This document shows positions 19,254 to 28,674 of a DNA stretch of 33,802 nucleotides, one piece after another. The notes under the pieces were generated by a model. The model was not told the origin of the DNA. It saw nothing but the letters and a program-made list of their open reading frames with translations, and made no database searches. The stretch's first letter is position 1; each line of letters opens with the position of its first letter. The position numbers and the translations under genes were made by a program. The stretch is from sequence record SRR22947727_788; one strand, given 5' to 3'.

Positions 19254-19838
19254 ATGAGCCACGAGCACGAACCTCACCAGTTCAGCGTGATGGACGTCCT
19301 GGAACAGCGCTGGAGTCCTCGGGCTTTCGATCGTGACGAAGTTCTGGATGAGAACCGTTTAGGTCCTGCTTTTGAAGCAGCCAGGTGGTCACCCTCGTCG
19401 GGTAACTCTCAACCGTGGACATTCATGGTTGGTTTCCGTGGGGATGACGTCTTCCAGACGATCGTCGGGACAATGGCGTCGGGAAACCAGGTCTGGGCAG
19501 AGCATGCTGGTGCAGTCGTCGCCAACATCGCTTCCGTGGTTGATGCCGAGGGCAACCCACAGTCTCATGCCGTCTATGACCTGGGGCAAGCAGTCACGCA
19601 CTTCAGCGTTCAGGCCACTGCCGAAGGGCTCATGGTTCACCAGATGGGTGGCTTTGATGCCCAAACACTAGGACGTGAGCTGGAACTTGATTCCTCGCAA
19701 CGTGTGGTGACGCTCATGGCCATCGGATCGATGGGTGACCCCGCAGAACTTCCGGAAAAGCTCCAGCTGAGAGAAGCGCAACCTCGCTCGCGCAAGTCGC
19801 TGTCTGAGATTGTGCGTGGAAGCGCTCACTACGCCTGA
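19254..19838 (+). CDS. Nitroreductase family protein
   Basis: RWSPRAF, AARWSPSSGNSQPW, YDLG.A, HQMGGFD. Confidence 0.92.
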   Translation: MSHEHEPHQFSVMDVLEQRWSPRAFDRDEVLDENRLGPAFEAARWSPSSGNSQPWTFMVGFRGDDVFQTIVGTMASGNQVWAEHAGAVVANIASVVDAEGNPQSHAVYDLGQAVTHFSVQATAEGLMVHQMGGFDAQTLGRELELDSSQRVVTLMAIGSMGDPAELPEKLQLREAQPRSRKSLSEIVRGSAHYA

Positions 19839-20893
19839 AGCTCGGCTGTAATCGTGTCGACGAAAGCCACAATGTCCGAGCTGGCGGTGTCAAAGGAACA
19901 CATCCAGCGGACTTCACCCGCCTGGCGATCCCAATCGTAGAAACGAAATTTCGTCCGAATCCGATCAGAGATCTCTGGGTCCAACACCGCGAGAACCGCG
20001 TTGGCGTGGGTTGGGGCGCTAAAGCTGAGGCCCGAGATTGCTCCGGAGCTAATCCTCTCCTCCAGCGCTTCTCTCAACTTTCGTGCCATCGAGTTGGAGT
20101 GGGTCGCCGAGCGGATGCCGAGGTCGCCCTCAAAAAGCGCCAGTAGCTGGGCACTCACAAAACGCATCTTGCTGGAGAGTTGCATGCTCATTTTCCGCAG
20201 GTAGAGTAGGCCCTCAACAGCCCCGGGATTGATAACCACAATCGCCTCAACACCCATGAGACCATTTTTGGTGCCGCCCAGGCTCACCACGTCAACCCCG
20301 ACGTCAGTGGTGAAAGCGGAGAAGGGGAGGCCGAGGCTTGCTGCTGCGTTCCAGAGACGTGCCCCATCCATGTGGAGGAGCATGCCCTTGTCATGCGCAA
20401 AGTCCGCTATGGCTCTGATTTCTGCTGGCGTGTAGACGGTGCCCAGTTCGGAGCTTTGGGTGATGGAGACAACGGCGGGTTGGGCACGGTGCTCATCGCC
20501 AAATCCGAACGCTTCCGTGGCGATGTCCTCCGGTGTGATCTTCCCCTGATGGTGGGCAACGGTGTAGAGCTTGAGGCCGGACACTCTCTCCGGAGCTCCA
20601 CCCTCGTCAGTATGAATGTGGGCCAGCGAGCTACAAATCACAGCACCCCAGCGAGGCATCATTGCGGTGAGAGAGAGTACGTTTGCACCGGTTCCGTTGA
20701 AGACCGGAAACACCTCAGCCTGTGGACCAAAGTGCTCACGAATGACCTCGGCGAGCCTGGTGGTGTAGTCGTCCTCACCGTAGGACACCTGGTGACCTTC
20801 GTTGGCCTCTGCTAGTGCCTGAAGAACCTCAGGGTGCACCCCGGAATAGTTGTCGCTGGCGAAACCTCGCCAGTGCGGGTCATGGAGTCTCAC
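19829..20893 (-). CDS. ltaE: Low-specificity L-threonine aldolase (PLP)
   Basis: FASDNY, NGTGAN, HMDGARL, GGTKNG (PLP lysine). Confidence 0.92.
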   Translation of the reverse strand: MRLHDPHWRGFASDNYSGVHPEVLQALAEANEGHQVSYGEDDYTTRLAEVIREHFGPQAEVFPVFNGTGANVLSLTAMMPRWGAVICSSLAHIHTDEGGAPERVSGLKLYTVAHHQGKITPEDIATEAFGFGDEHRAQPAVVSITQSSELGTVYTPAEIRAIADFAHDKGMLLHMDGARLWNAAASLGLPFSAFTTDVGVDVVSLGGTKNGLMGVEAIVVINPGAVEGLLYLRKMSMQLSSKMRFVSAQLLALFEGDLGIRSATHSNSMARKLREALEERISSGAISGLSFSAPTHANAVLAVLDPEISDRIRTKFRFYDWDRQAGEVRWMCSFDTASSDIVAFVDTITAELQA

Positions 20894-20914
20894 GGGACCA
20901 TCCTGACAGTTCTC

Positions 20915-22324
20915 TTAGGCCTGTGCGACAGGACCCGTGATACCGGCGGTGGCCGCAATTGTGGGACCCAGTTTCTTGCCCAAGGCCTCATAGAACATCG
21001 ACAACGGGAACTCGTCATCGTGAACGTGGTCGGTGATTTCTGCGGGCGTCCCCTCGAGAGGGATAGTGCCAGAGAGAAAGTGCGACGCCGGGTGAGGCGC
21101 CAAGACCTCAGAGATCAGCTCGTGAGCTGCCAGCCAGTGCACGATCTTGGGCCGGTCGATGCTGCGCCAATACAGCTCATTGATGCGGTCTGACAGCGCC
21201 ACAACGACATCGGGCATGGCATCCCAGTCGATCGTGAGCTGGGTATCCGTCCAATGCAGTACTCGGTGCTGGTGAAGCCACGCGAACAAGAGTTGACCCG
21301 CCACACTGTCGTAATTGCGTACCCGGGTTCCGGTTAGGGGAAAGCGGAAGATGCGATCAAAGACCACTGCATACAGAACGAGCTGGGCGTGCTGGCGAGT
21401 TACGGGATCGGTTTTTTTCGCACGAAGGAGCGACACCGCTTCGCGGAATGCTGTCAGGTCACAGCGCAGCTCCTCCAGTCCGTAGAGGTAGAAGGGCATT
21501 CTTTGCTTGATCATGAAGGGGTCGAAGGGAAGATCTCCTCGCATGTGAGTGCGATCGTGAATGAGATCCCACATCACGAAAGTCTTCTCGCTGAGCGTGT
21601 GGTCGTCCAGGAGTGCCTGAGCGTCAGAGGGGAGATCCAACTTGGTGATCTCTACCGCATGCCGGACCACGGAGCGGAACCGCGCGGCCTCACGGTCGGC
21701 AAAGATTCCGCCCCAGGTAAAGGCAGGCAAAGCGGCCGGTGTTCCCTCGGGTGACCCCGCGGGGACGCGAGGTGTGACCGCCACAGACTCAGGAAAGAGC
21801 ACCGCAGAATTGGTGTCATACCCGGGGGTGTAGTCGAGAAATCGAAGCGGGACGAACAGGGCGTTGCTGTAGGAACCGGACTCTAAGCCGGCGACAAAGT
21901 CGGGCCAGATCGTCTCGCAGAGAACAGCTTCAAAAAAACGATTCGTGGAACCGTTCTGTGTGTACATGGGGAACACCACCAGGTGTGGTGTTCCATCGAC
22001 CCGAGTGCGCTCTGGGTGAAAGAGCGATAACGACTCGTAGAAGTCGGGAATACCGAAGCCAGCTGCTTCCCACGCCCGGCAATCAGCAACCACTGCCTGG
22101 AGGTAGTCCTCATCGCGGGGGAAGTGAGGAATGAGGTCTGCGATGCCCTCGATCAGTGCGGTGAGAGCATTCCGAGCGCGTGAGTGGTTCTTGGCGGCGG
22201 AGATGCTTCCATCTGATGCCTGAAACCCCTGCAGGGCGACACAGGCCTCCTTGATCTGCAGCCAGGACGAGTGCTGGATCAGGTCCCGCCCACCTGCTGT
22301 CGTGCGCTCTATCACCATCGACAT
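20915..22324 (-). CDS. DUF6421-like protein, 469 aa; possible metallohydrolase
   Basis: HLVVFPMYTQNG and WDLIHDRTH..GDLPFDPFMIKQR..GLEELRCD recalled as this family, not database-checked. SD AGGAGG before ATG 22324. Confidence 0.8.
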   Translation of the reverse strand: MSMVIERTTAGGRDLIQHSSWLQIKEACVALQGFQASDGSISAAKNHSRARNALTALIEGIADLIPHFPRDEDYLQAVVADCRAWEAAGFGIPDFYESLSLFHPERTRVDGTPHLVVFPMYTQNGSTNRFFEAVLCETIWPDFVAGLESGSYSNALFVPLRFLDYTPGYDTNSAVLFPESVAVTPRVPAGSPEGTPAALPAFTWGGIFADREAARFRSVVRHAVEITKLDLPSDAQALLDDHTLSEKTFVMWDLIHDRTHMRGDLPFDPFMIKQRMPFYLYGLEELRCDLTAFREAVSLLRAKKTDPVTRQHAQLVLYAVVFDRIFRFPLTGTRVRNYDSVAGQLLFAWLHQHRVLHWTDTQLTIDWDAMPDVVVALSDRINELYWRSIDRPKIVHWLAAHELISEVLAPHPASHFLSGTIPLEGTPAEITDHVHDDEFPLSMFYEALGKKLGPTIAATAGITGPVAQA

Positions 22325-22412
22325 AACGACCTCCTGGACTGTTGAGGTCAGTGTAAAGCGGGGGTTTGGTGCGCATGGGTGATTTGTGCGCCATCCTGGT
22401 GCGTGTTTTTCG

Positions 22413-22441
22413 GAGTCCACGCAACTTTATTGCGTGGACTC
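22413..22441. repeat. Perfect 12-bp inverted repeat in a divergent intergenic region
   Basis: gagtccacgcaa-cttta-ttgcgtggactc. Confidence 0.85.
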
Positions 22442-22474
22442 TCCGGTGTGAGAAATAGAGCAGACTATTCCCTC

Positions 22475-23401
22475 GTGAGTGATGTTGTCGTGGGATTCGC
22501 GATTGTGACACTGGTGGTTGCCACCGGATATCTGACCGGTCGCATCAAGATTCTGGGTCCCACAGCTCTGGATGTGCTCTCCAAGGCGGCGTTTTTCGTG
22601 TTCTCCCCCGCGCTACTTTTTATTGTGTTGGGTGATGCGGATATTCGGGTGCTGTTCTCCGCTCTTTTGCCGGTATCAGCGCTGGCAGCCACTCTCGCTC
22701 TAGTCCTGTATGTCCTCATCGCACGGCTGTCGAAGGTGCGAGGTTCAGGAAGGCTCACCGTCGGCGGTCTTGCCGCCTCCTACGTGAACTCCAACAACAT
22801 CGGTTTGCCCTTAGCCGCCTATATTTTGGGCGACCCAGCGCTTGCCGCGCCTGTGCTGTTGTTTCAATTGATTGTCATGTCGCCTATTGCGCTGACCATT
22901 CTGGATGTCAGCCACCAAGGGTCTCTCTCCGTTCGTCGGATCCTCTCGGGACCTATCCGTAACCCGTTGATCATTGGTTCCATGCTCGGCGTCCTCGTCT
23001 CGTGGTCCCAGATAACGCTTCCCGACATTGTTCACGAGCCTCTGGAGCTACTCGGACAGGCAGCGGTACCGACCTTGCTCTTCGCCCTGGGTCTTTCGTT
23101 GGCCTCCCAACGTCTCTGGGAAGCACAGGAATATCGGGTGGAAATCACGGTGGCAGCCATTATCAAGCTGACGGTCATGCCCTTTATTGCTTGGCTGTTG
23201 GGGGTTTTCGTCTTTGCCCTGGAGCCACACGCGCTGTTTACTGTGGTTATTCTTGCGGCACTACCGAGTGCGCAAAACGTGTTCAACTATTCCCAACGCT
23301 ATGGTGTGGCCACACCGTTGGCCCGTGATTCCGTGGTTCTCACAACGCTGGTCTCGCTGCCCATTTTGATGGGCTTGGCTTTCTTGTTGGCTCCGGTCTA
23401 G
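22475..23401 (+). CDS. AEC (auxin efflux carrier) family transporter
   Basis: FFVFSPALLF, YVNSNNIGLP, NPLIIG, LGQAAVP, ALPSAQNVF. About 10 TM segments. Start GTG 22475 is inferred. Confidence 0.88.
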   Translation: MSDVVVGFAIVTLVVATGYLTGRIKILGPTALDVLSKAAFFVFSPALLFIVLGDADIRVLFSALLPVSALAATLALVLYVLIARLSKVRGSGRLTVGGLAASYVNSNNIGLPLAAYILGDPALAAPVLLFQLIVMSPIALTILDVSHQGSLSVRRILSGPIRNPLIIGSMLGVLVSWSQITLPDIVHEPLELLGQAAVPTLLFALGLSLASQRLWEAQEYRVEITVAAIIKLTVMPFIAWLLGVFVFALEPHALFTVVILAALPSAQNVFNYSQRYGVATPLARDSVVLTTLVSLPILMGLAFLLAPV

Positions 23402-24231
23402 AAAACCATCGGGCGATCAAAGTCGTCCTCTGCGCCCACCTCGACCACCACGGGAACATGATCACTCGGGCCATCACCCTGTCGCTGGTCACGCTCAATG
23501 GATGCGTGGGTGACCTGCGAGGCAAAGCTTTCTGAGCCAAAGATGAAGTCAATCCGCATGCCGTGATCTTTCGGGAACTTCCCCTGCTTGTAATCCCAGT
23601 AGGTATAGCCGGTGGGAACAAGTGGACGTACCGTGTCCTGTAGCCCTGCCCGGTGCAAGAAATCCTGGAGAGTGGTGCGCTCCAGATCCGAAGTGTGGGT
23701 AGTTCCTTGCACCAAGAAGGCTGGGTCCCCGACGTCGGAGTCCAGGGGAGCGACATTGAAGTCTCCGCCGATGGCGACCGGGAGTGCGCCTGGTTGGTCT
23801 TGATAGGAGCGGTAGTGCTCCCCCAATGCCTCGAGCCACCGGAGCTTGTAATCCAAGTGTGGATCGTCGAGTGCGCGACCGTTGGGAACATAGACCGAAC
23901 ACAGTCGTAATCCATCCACCGTGGCGGAAATGGCACGGGCCTCAGTCGCAGGTTCCTCGTCAGGGTTCTTGGTGAATCCTGGCATCCCGGGGAACCCCTG
24001 CTCGATGTCCTCGAGGGGAAGCCGGGATGCTATCCCGACGCCATTCCACTGGTTCAGCCCAAAGTGGCCGACCTCATAACCCGCACTCTCAAAATCCTCG
24101 AGAGGAAACTGATCGTCTCGGCATTTTGTCTCTTGCATCATGACGACATCAATGTCGGCGTTGTGCAGAAAATCAATGACGAATGCTTTCCTGGTTCGAA
24201 TGGAGTTGACGTTCCAGGTCGCGATTCTCAT
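23398..24231 (-). CDS. xth: Exodeoxyribonuclease III / AP endonuclease
   Basis: MRIATWNVNSIR, QETK, YVPNG, GDFN, RID, SDHVP. Confidence 0.95.
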   Translation of the reverse strand: MRIATWNVNSIRTRKAFVIDFLHNADIDVVMMQETKCRDDQFPLEDFESAGYEVGHFGLNQWNGVGIASRLPLEDIEQGFPGMPGFTKNPDEEPATEARAISATVDGLRLCSVYVPNGRALDDPHLDYKLRWLEALGEHYRSYQDQPGALPVAIGGDFNVAPLDSDVGDPAFLVQGTTHTSDLERTTLQDFLHRAGLQDTVRPLVPTGYTYWDYKQGKFPKDHGMRIDFIFGSESFASQVTHASIERDQRQGDGPSDHVPVVVEVGAEDDFDRPMVF

Positions 24232-24266
24232 GAGGCAAGCCTAAAGCGCAGAGCTAGACTGGTGCT

Positions 24267-24812
24267 GTGGCCAGCGCGAGAGAACAGCTCATCAAGTTCA
24301 TCTCCGAGGAGGCTGTTCACCACGGGGATTTCACTCTGACCAGCGGACAAAAGGCGTCGTTTTACATCGACCTCCGTCAGGTAAGCCTCGATCATCGAGT
24401 CGCTCCACTGATTGGCGAGGTGATGCTCGAATTACTGAACGAGTTTGAACCAATCGATGCCATTGGGGGGCTCACGATGGGTGCTGACCCCATCGCCTCT
24501 GCGATTATGCATCGAGGGGTCCTCGTCGGAAAGACATATGACGCGCTCGTGGTGCGAAAAGAGCCCAAAGACCATGGTCGAGGTCGCCAGATTGAGGGAC
24601 CGGATGTCCGAGGAAAGCGCATTGTCGTGGTGGAGGACACCTCCACTACGGGTGGATCCCCTTTGACGGCAGCGCGAGCCATCGAAAAAGCCGGAGGCGA
24701 AGTAGTCGCTGTCTGTGTGGTGGTCGACCGCGACACCGGTGCGGACCGCGTGATCGAAGATGCAGGGTATCCCTACCGAGCAGCTCTAGGACTGGGCGAC
24801 CTGGGTTTGTGA
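24267..24812 (+). CDS. pyrE: Orotate phosphoribosyltransferase
   Basis: GDFTLTSG, GGLTMGADP, VRKEPKDHG, VVEDTSTTGGS. Confidence 0.96.
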   Translation: MASAREQLIKFISEEAVHHGDFTLTSGQKASFYIDLRQVSLDHRVAPLIGEVMLELLNEFEPIDAIGGLTMGADPIASAIMHRGVLVGKTYDALVVRKEPKDHGRGRQIEGPDVRGKRIVVVEDTSTTGGSPLTAARAIEKAGGEVVAVCVVVDRDTGADRVIEDAGYPYRAALGLGDLGL

Positions 24813-25421
24813 ATGAGTGACCAGATCCAGCCGGAGAGCACACCCCCAAAACCCCGCCTCACAGACACTCCCCGTGGCCAGACTATTTTCGTCAGCCTGT
24901 GGGTGATCGGAACATTCGTCACTCTGGGACTGTGGGTTGTGGCCTTTCTCTGGGGTCAGAGCGTGGGGGCACCCGAGGAAGACGTAGCTGCTGAGGTCGT
25001 GGACACGGCACCACCCGAGGTGGAATTCCCAGATTTGGGCCCACCCAGCCTCGCTCCAGGGTCATGGGAGTGGCGTGAACTTCGTGGCGGAGAGTGTCTC
25101 TCCCAGTTCTCCGATGCATTCGCTGAGGAGTTCCAGGTGGTGGGATGCAGCTCCCCCCACACCGCCCAAGTTGTGCACGCAGAGCTTCTTTCCTCTGACC
25201 CCGAGGAGCCCTACCCCGGTGATGCAGCTGTGCTCGCCGCAGCGCGCGAAGCGTGTGATGTTCGTGAGCTGATTGACATCGAGGTCGCCAAGAATTACTC
25301 GGATTTACGCACCGCCTATGCCTACCCCGTGAGTAGTGCTCAGTGGGATGTCGGCGAGCGAGGGGTCTACTGCTTTGTCTATTCCGAGAGCGGGGAGACC
25401 TTCACGACGTCGTTGCGCTAG
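24813..25421 (+). CDS. Membrane-anchored septum-formation-family protein
   Basis: One TM segment, then LRGGECL, VGCSSPHTAQV, AC, YAYP..QW..GERGVYC (four-Cys pattern). Confidence 0.75.
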   Translation: MSDQIQPESTPPKPRLTDTPRGQTIFVSLWVIGTFVTLGLWVVAFLWGQSVGAPEEDVAAEVVDTAPPEVEFPDLGPPSLAPGSWEWRELRGGECLSQFSDAFAEEFQVVGCSSPHTAQVVHAELLSSDPEEPYPGDAAVLAAAREACDVRELIDIEVAKNYSDLRTAYAYPVSSAQWDVGERGVYCFVYSESGETFTTSLR

Positions 25422-26263
25422 GACAGGTAAGGGGCAAGTCTTTGTCCCATGATGTCGAGAGCTTCGGGATTCGAATCCATCACCACAAACTTCCTGCCCA
25501 GTTCTCCCGCTGCGTGGCCGGTGGTGCCACTACCCGCGAACGGGTCCAGCACCCAGTCTCCTGGGCTGGACGAGGCTCGGATGATGCGCGTGAGGATTCC
25601 TAAGGGCTTTTGTGTGGCATAGCCGGTCTTCTCTTTTCCGGTAGGGGACACAATTGTGTGCCACCAGACATCGGTGGGAAGTTTCCCCCTGGCCGCTTTC
25701 TCTGCACTCACGAGACCCGGGGCCATGTAGGGCTCACGGTCGATCTCGTCACTATTGAAAATGTAGGCCGCGGGATCTTTGACGTACACCAGGATGGTGT
25801 CGTGTTTTGTGGGCCAGCGAGTTTTTGACTTAGCGCCATAGTCGTAGGCCCAGATGATCTCGTTCAGAAAATGGTCACGACCGAAAATCTGGTCTAGCGC
25901 AACCTTCGCGTAGTGCACCTCTCGCCAATCAAGGTGGACATAGAGCGTGCCCTCGGGTGAAAGTAGGCGCCAGGCTTCGACCAACCTTGGCCCCAGAAAT
26001 GCCCAGTAATCGGCGAAGGAATCGTCGTAACTGGTGATGGATTCCAGGGTGAAATCGTAGGTGCGGCCGCCAAAACCGTGGCGAGACGAATCCGATGACG
26101 CCACGACTGAGGATGTGGTGCGTTGCTGGGTTCGACCGGTGTTGAAGGGCGGATCCATGTAAATGAGGGTGAAGGAACTATCGGGCAGAGACTGCATCAA
26201 CTCCATATTGTCGCCTGCGAGAAGGCGCGAGGGGCCCTCGGGGCGAAAGTCGGAATCAGGCAC
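25418..26263 (-). CDS. Orphan site-specific DNA methyltransferase (N6-adenine/N4-cytosine, beta class)
   Basis: Catalytic DPPF lies N-terminal to the SAM-binding LDPFAGSGTT. Also NEIIWAY and TQKP. Confidence 0.9.
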   Translation of the reverse strand: MPDSDFRPEGPSRLLAGDNMELMQSLPDSSFTLIYMDPPFNTGRTQQRTTSSVVASSDSSRHGFGGRTYDFTLESITSYDDSFADYWAFLGPRLVEAWRLLSPEGTLYVHLDWREVHYAKVALDQIFGRDHFLNEIIWAYDYGAKSKTRWPTKHDTILVYVKDPAAYIFNSDEIDREPYMAPGLVSAEKAARGKLPTDVWWHTIVSPTGKEKTGYATQKPLGILTRIIRASSSPGDWVLDPFAGSGTTGHAAGELGRKFVVMDSNPEALDIMGQRLAPYLS

Positions 26264-26301
26264 AGGGGACAGGTTATCGAAAGGGTGCCTAGGCTAGGTG
26301 A

Positions 26302-26940
26302 GTGCTGGAAGACAACCCCCATCCTGAAGCCACCACCTGGGGCGTGGGGCCGTGGCAAGGAGAGCGGCCGACAGGGGATCACTATGACCCGGAGTTGTTG
26401 GACAAGGGTGACTCACGCAATGTTGTAGACAAATATCGATACTGGTCGATGGACGCGATCATCGAGGATTTGAACACCAAACGGCACCCTTTTCATGTGG
26501 CGATCGAAAACTGGCAGCACGATCTGAACATCGGTTCTATCGTGCGCAGCGCCAATGCTTTTCTGGCTGACACCGTGCATATCGTGGGCCGGAAGCGCTG
26601 GAATCGGCGAGGAGCGATGGTGACCGACCGATATCAGAGGGTCATGCACCACCCGACGATTGAGGATTTAGTGGCGTATGCCACAAACAACGAACTCCCG
26701 ATTGTTGCGGTTGACAACGTAGAGGGCTCGAAGCCCATCGAAACGACAACCCTGCCGAGGGAATGCATCATCCTTTTTGGACAGGAAGGACCTGGCCTCT
26801 CTCCCGAAGCCTTAGAAGCAGCGGATATGGCCGTGGAAATCACCCAGTATGGGTCCACGCGTTCACTCAATGCCAGCGCGGCAGCTGCCATCATCATGCA
26901 CCGCTGGGTGATGACTTACGCCGATTTACCGGAGAGCTGA
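26302..26940 (+). CDS. TrmH/SpoU family RNA methyltransferase
   Basis: NIGSIVRSANAF, FGQEGPGLS, ITQYGSTRSLNASAA. Confidence 0.92.
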   Translation: MLEDNPHPEATTWGVGPWQGERPTGDHYDPELLDKGDSRNVVDKYRYWSMDAIIEDLNTKRHPFHVAIENWQHDLNIGSIVRSANAFLADTVHIVGRKRWNRRGAMVTDRYQRVMHHPTIEDLVAYATNNELPIVAVDNVEGSKPIETTTLPRECIILFGQEGPGLSPEALEAADMAVEITQYGSTRSLNASAAAAIIMHRWVMTYADLPES

Positions 26941-28674
26941 CTCTTGGGGCAGTGAGGAGCTCTCGAGGCGCACGAGCAACTGGGTCAGACCATTCGCGGT
27001 CCTCACCAGACTCCACTTGTCCGGGGCATAGAGATTGAGGTGGGCCGTGCCAAGCCCCGCCCTGCCGCTCTGCTTTGCCTCTCCATTGTTCTGGATTGTC
27101 ACCATGAGTGCCCCTGGCTCACGAGAGAAGCCGATACGAATCCAATCCGCCTTCCCATGCCGGACAGCATTGTTGACGGCGTCGACAACGATGGTGTGAA
27201 CCGCGGTCACATAAGCGTCTTCTAGGGTGGAGAGGGGCTGATCTAGAGCGATGTCGACCAATGCGCCCCAGTTGTGCACAAATTTCTCGAGGTCAACCCG
27301 GGAATCTGCCGCGACAGGAGTGACATCCTGCGATTCCTGGAGGATGTCACGCAGGGACTGTATCTCGAGAGCTGCAGCACGAGTATTTCCGCGTGCTATC
27401 TGATCCTGGAGCTTCAAAATTGCCGCAAGGAAATTCCCTCTGACGTCGCCGTGGAGACGGTTTGCAATTTTGTGCGAAAGAACCTTCAGCTGGCTCTCCA
27501 CGTGCAGCTTTTCCAGTGTGGTGCTGTCCAACGAGCGCTTCAGGCCAGCGAGGATGCGCTCACGAGCGCTTTCCACGGACGAAGGTAGTGCTGTGGATAG
27601 CGCCAAAAATACAGAGAGAGCGTGGACGCTCACCACGCGCCAGGGATTTTCCATTTCTTGACCCCACGAATCTGCCAGGACAAGAAGGGGAATTGACGAG
27701 AAAACGAGAAAAGTCACCACAACAAGGAATGCGGGGACGGCGTATTTCTGAAGGGAGGGCAACAGCCAATTCCCGAGAGCCCCTACCGTCAGGGCGCTCG
27801 CCGTCCAGAGACCCACAAGCAGGGCGCCAACAGTCGGGTCAAGCACTCGGTTGTACAAGAGGATGAACAGGAACGCAATGGCAAGAACGAGGTACAGGAG
27901 TCGGAACGGTCGGGAAGTTGCCCAGAGTTCCAACAATTCTCGAAGACGTATTTTTGGCGGTTCCGAGGGAGCGGCATCCCAGAGGTCTTGACTTATTCTT
28001 TGCCAGGTTGAATCGGAGAGCTCGCGCAGATCTTCAAGGGCGGGGAGTGCCTGAGAGTTCGAGGTCAGTGACTCTTCTAATTGATCGAGAGCGTCGATCG
28101 TTGCGTCATGAGATTCTTTGAGCTTCTTGTCGACCTTCGCCACCAAGGCTTCTTGCATGGAGGCGACGGCAGCTCGATGGGCGGCGAGCTGTTCTTCACC
28201 GTGCAGCAAAACATTGAGGACCTGTGCGCGCGCAACTGAAAACCTCTCGATGGCGTCCAGAGCGTAGGCGGCGACAGCGAAGCCCGCGATCGCCATGAGA
28301 GCCGAAAAGAGTACGCGTTGCTGTGTAGGGATGACATCGTCGAGACCAAACGCAGTGAGCCCGACCACAAGAACCACTGCTCTGGTCGCTCCCGCAAGAC
28401 CCCACACGGTGATGACCAGCCCCAGAGGAGCAGGGTCTTGTGCGCGGCGGCGCAGAACAGTCAGATGTGCAATCAGAAAAACCAATCCCAAGCCAAGATG
28501 GCCCAAGGTTGCGACGACAGCAATACCCAGGGCGTTCTCCCATGACGCATACGTCACGGCCTCGTTAAAAAGAAATCCCAGAATCCAGAACGGTGAAGCT
28601 ATCAGGTAGGCAGTCAGTGAAATCGCCCATCGACCGCGGACCCGAGAGGATGCCTCGCCCCAGCGGCTCGCCAT
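26926..28674 (-). CDS. Atypical multi-TM sensor histidine kinase (NarX/HisKA_3-like)
   Basis: Two TM bundles. H-box-like IANRLHGDV, N-box DAVNNAVRHG, G-box-like QNNG and GLG. Coupled to the regulator by a TAATG overlap. Confidence 0.72.
   Translation of the reverse strand: MASRWGEASSRVRGRWAISLTAYLIASPFWILGFLFNEAVTYASWENALGIAVVATLGHLGLGLVFLIAHLTVLRRRAQDPAPLGLVITVWGLAGATRAVVLVVGLTAFGLDDVIPTQQRVLFSALMAIAGFAVAAYALDAIERFSVARAQVLNVLLHGEEQLAAHRAAVASMQEALVAKVDKKLKESHDATIDALDQLEESLTSNSQALPALEDLRELSDSTWQRISQDLWDAAPSEPPKIRLRELLELWATSRPFRLLYLVLAIAFLFILLYNRVLDPTVGALLVGLWTASALTVGALGNWLLPSLQKYAVPAFLVVVTFLVFSSIPLLVLADSWGQEMENPWRVVSVHALSVFLALSTALPSSVESARERILAGLKRSLDSTTLEKLHVESQLKVLSHKIANRLHGDVRGNFLAAILKLQDQIARGNTRAAALEIQSLRDILQESQDVTPVAADSRVDLEKFVHNWGALVDIALDQPLSTLEDAYVTAVHTIVVDAVNNAVRHGKADWIRIGFSREPGALMVTIQNNGEAKQSGRAGLGTAHLNLYAPDKWSLVRTANGLTQLLVRLESSSLPQESALR

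Noticed and set aside
22325..22474. Overlapping N-terminal extensions of the DUF6421 and AEC ORFs
   Set aside because: The extensions are non-protein-like and overlap each other. The SD supports ATG 22324 for the DUF6421 gene.
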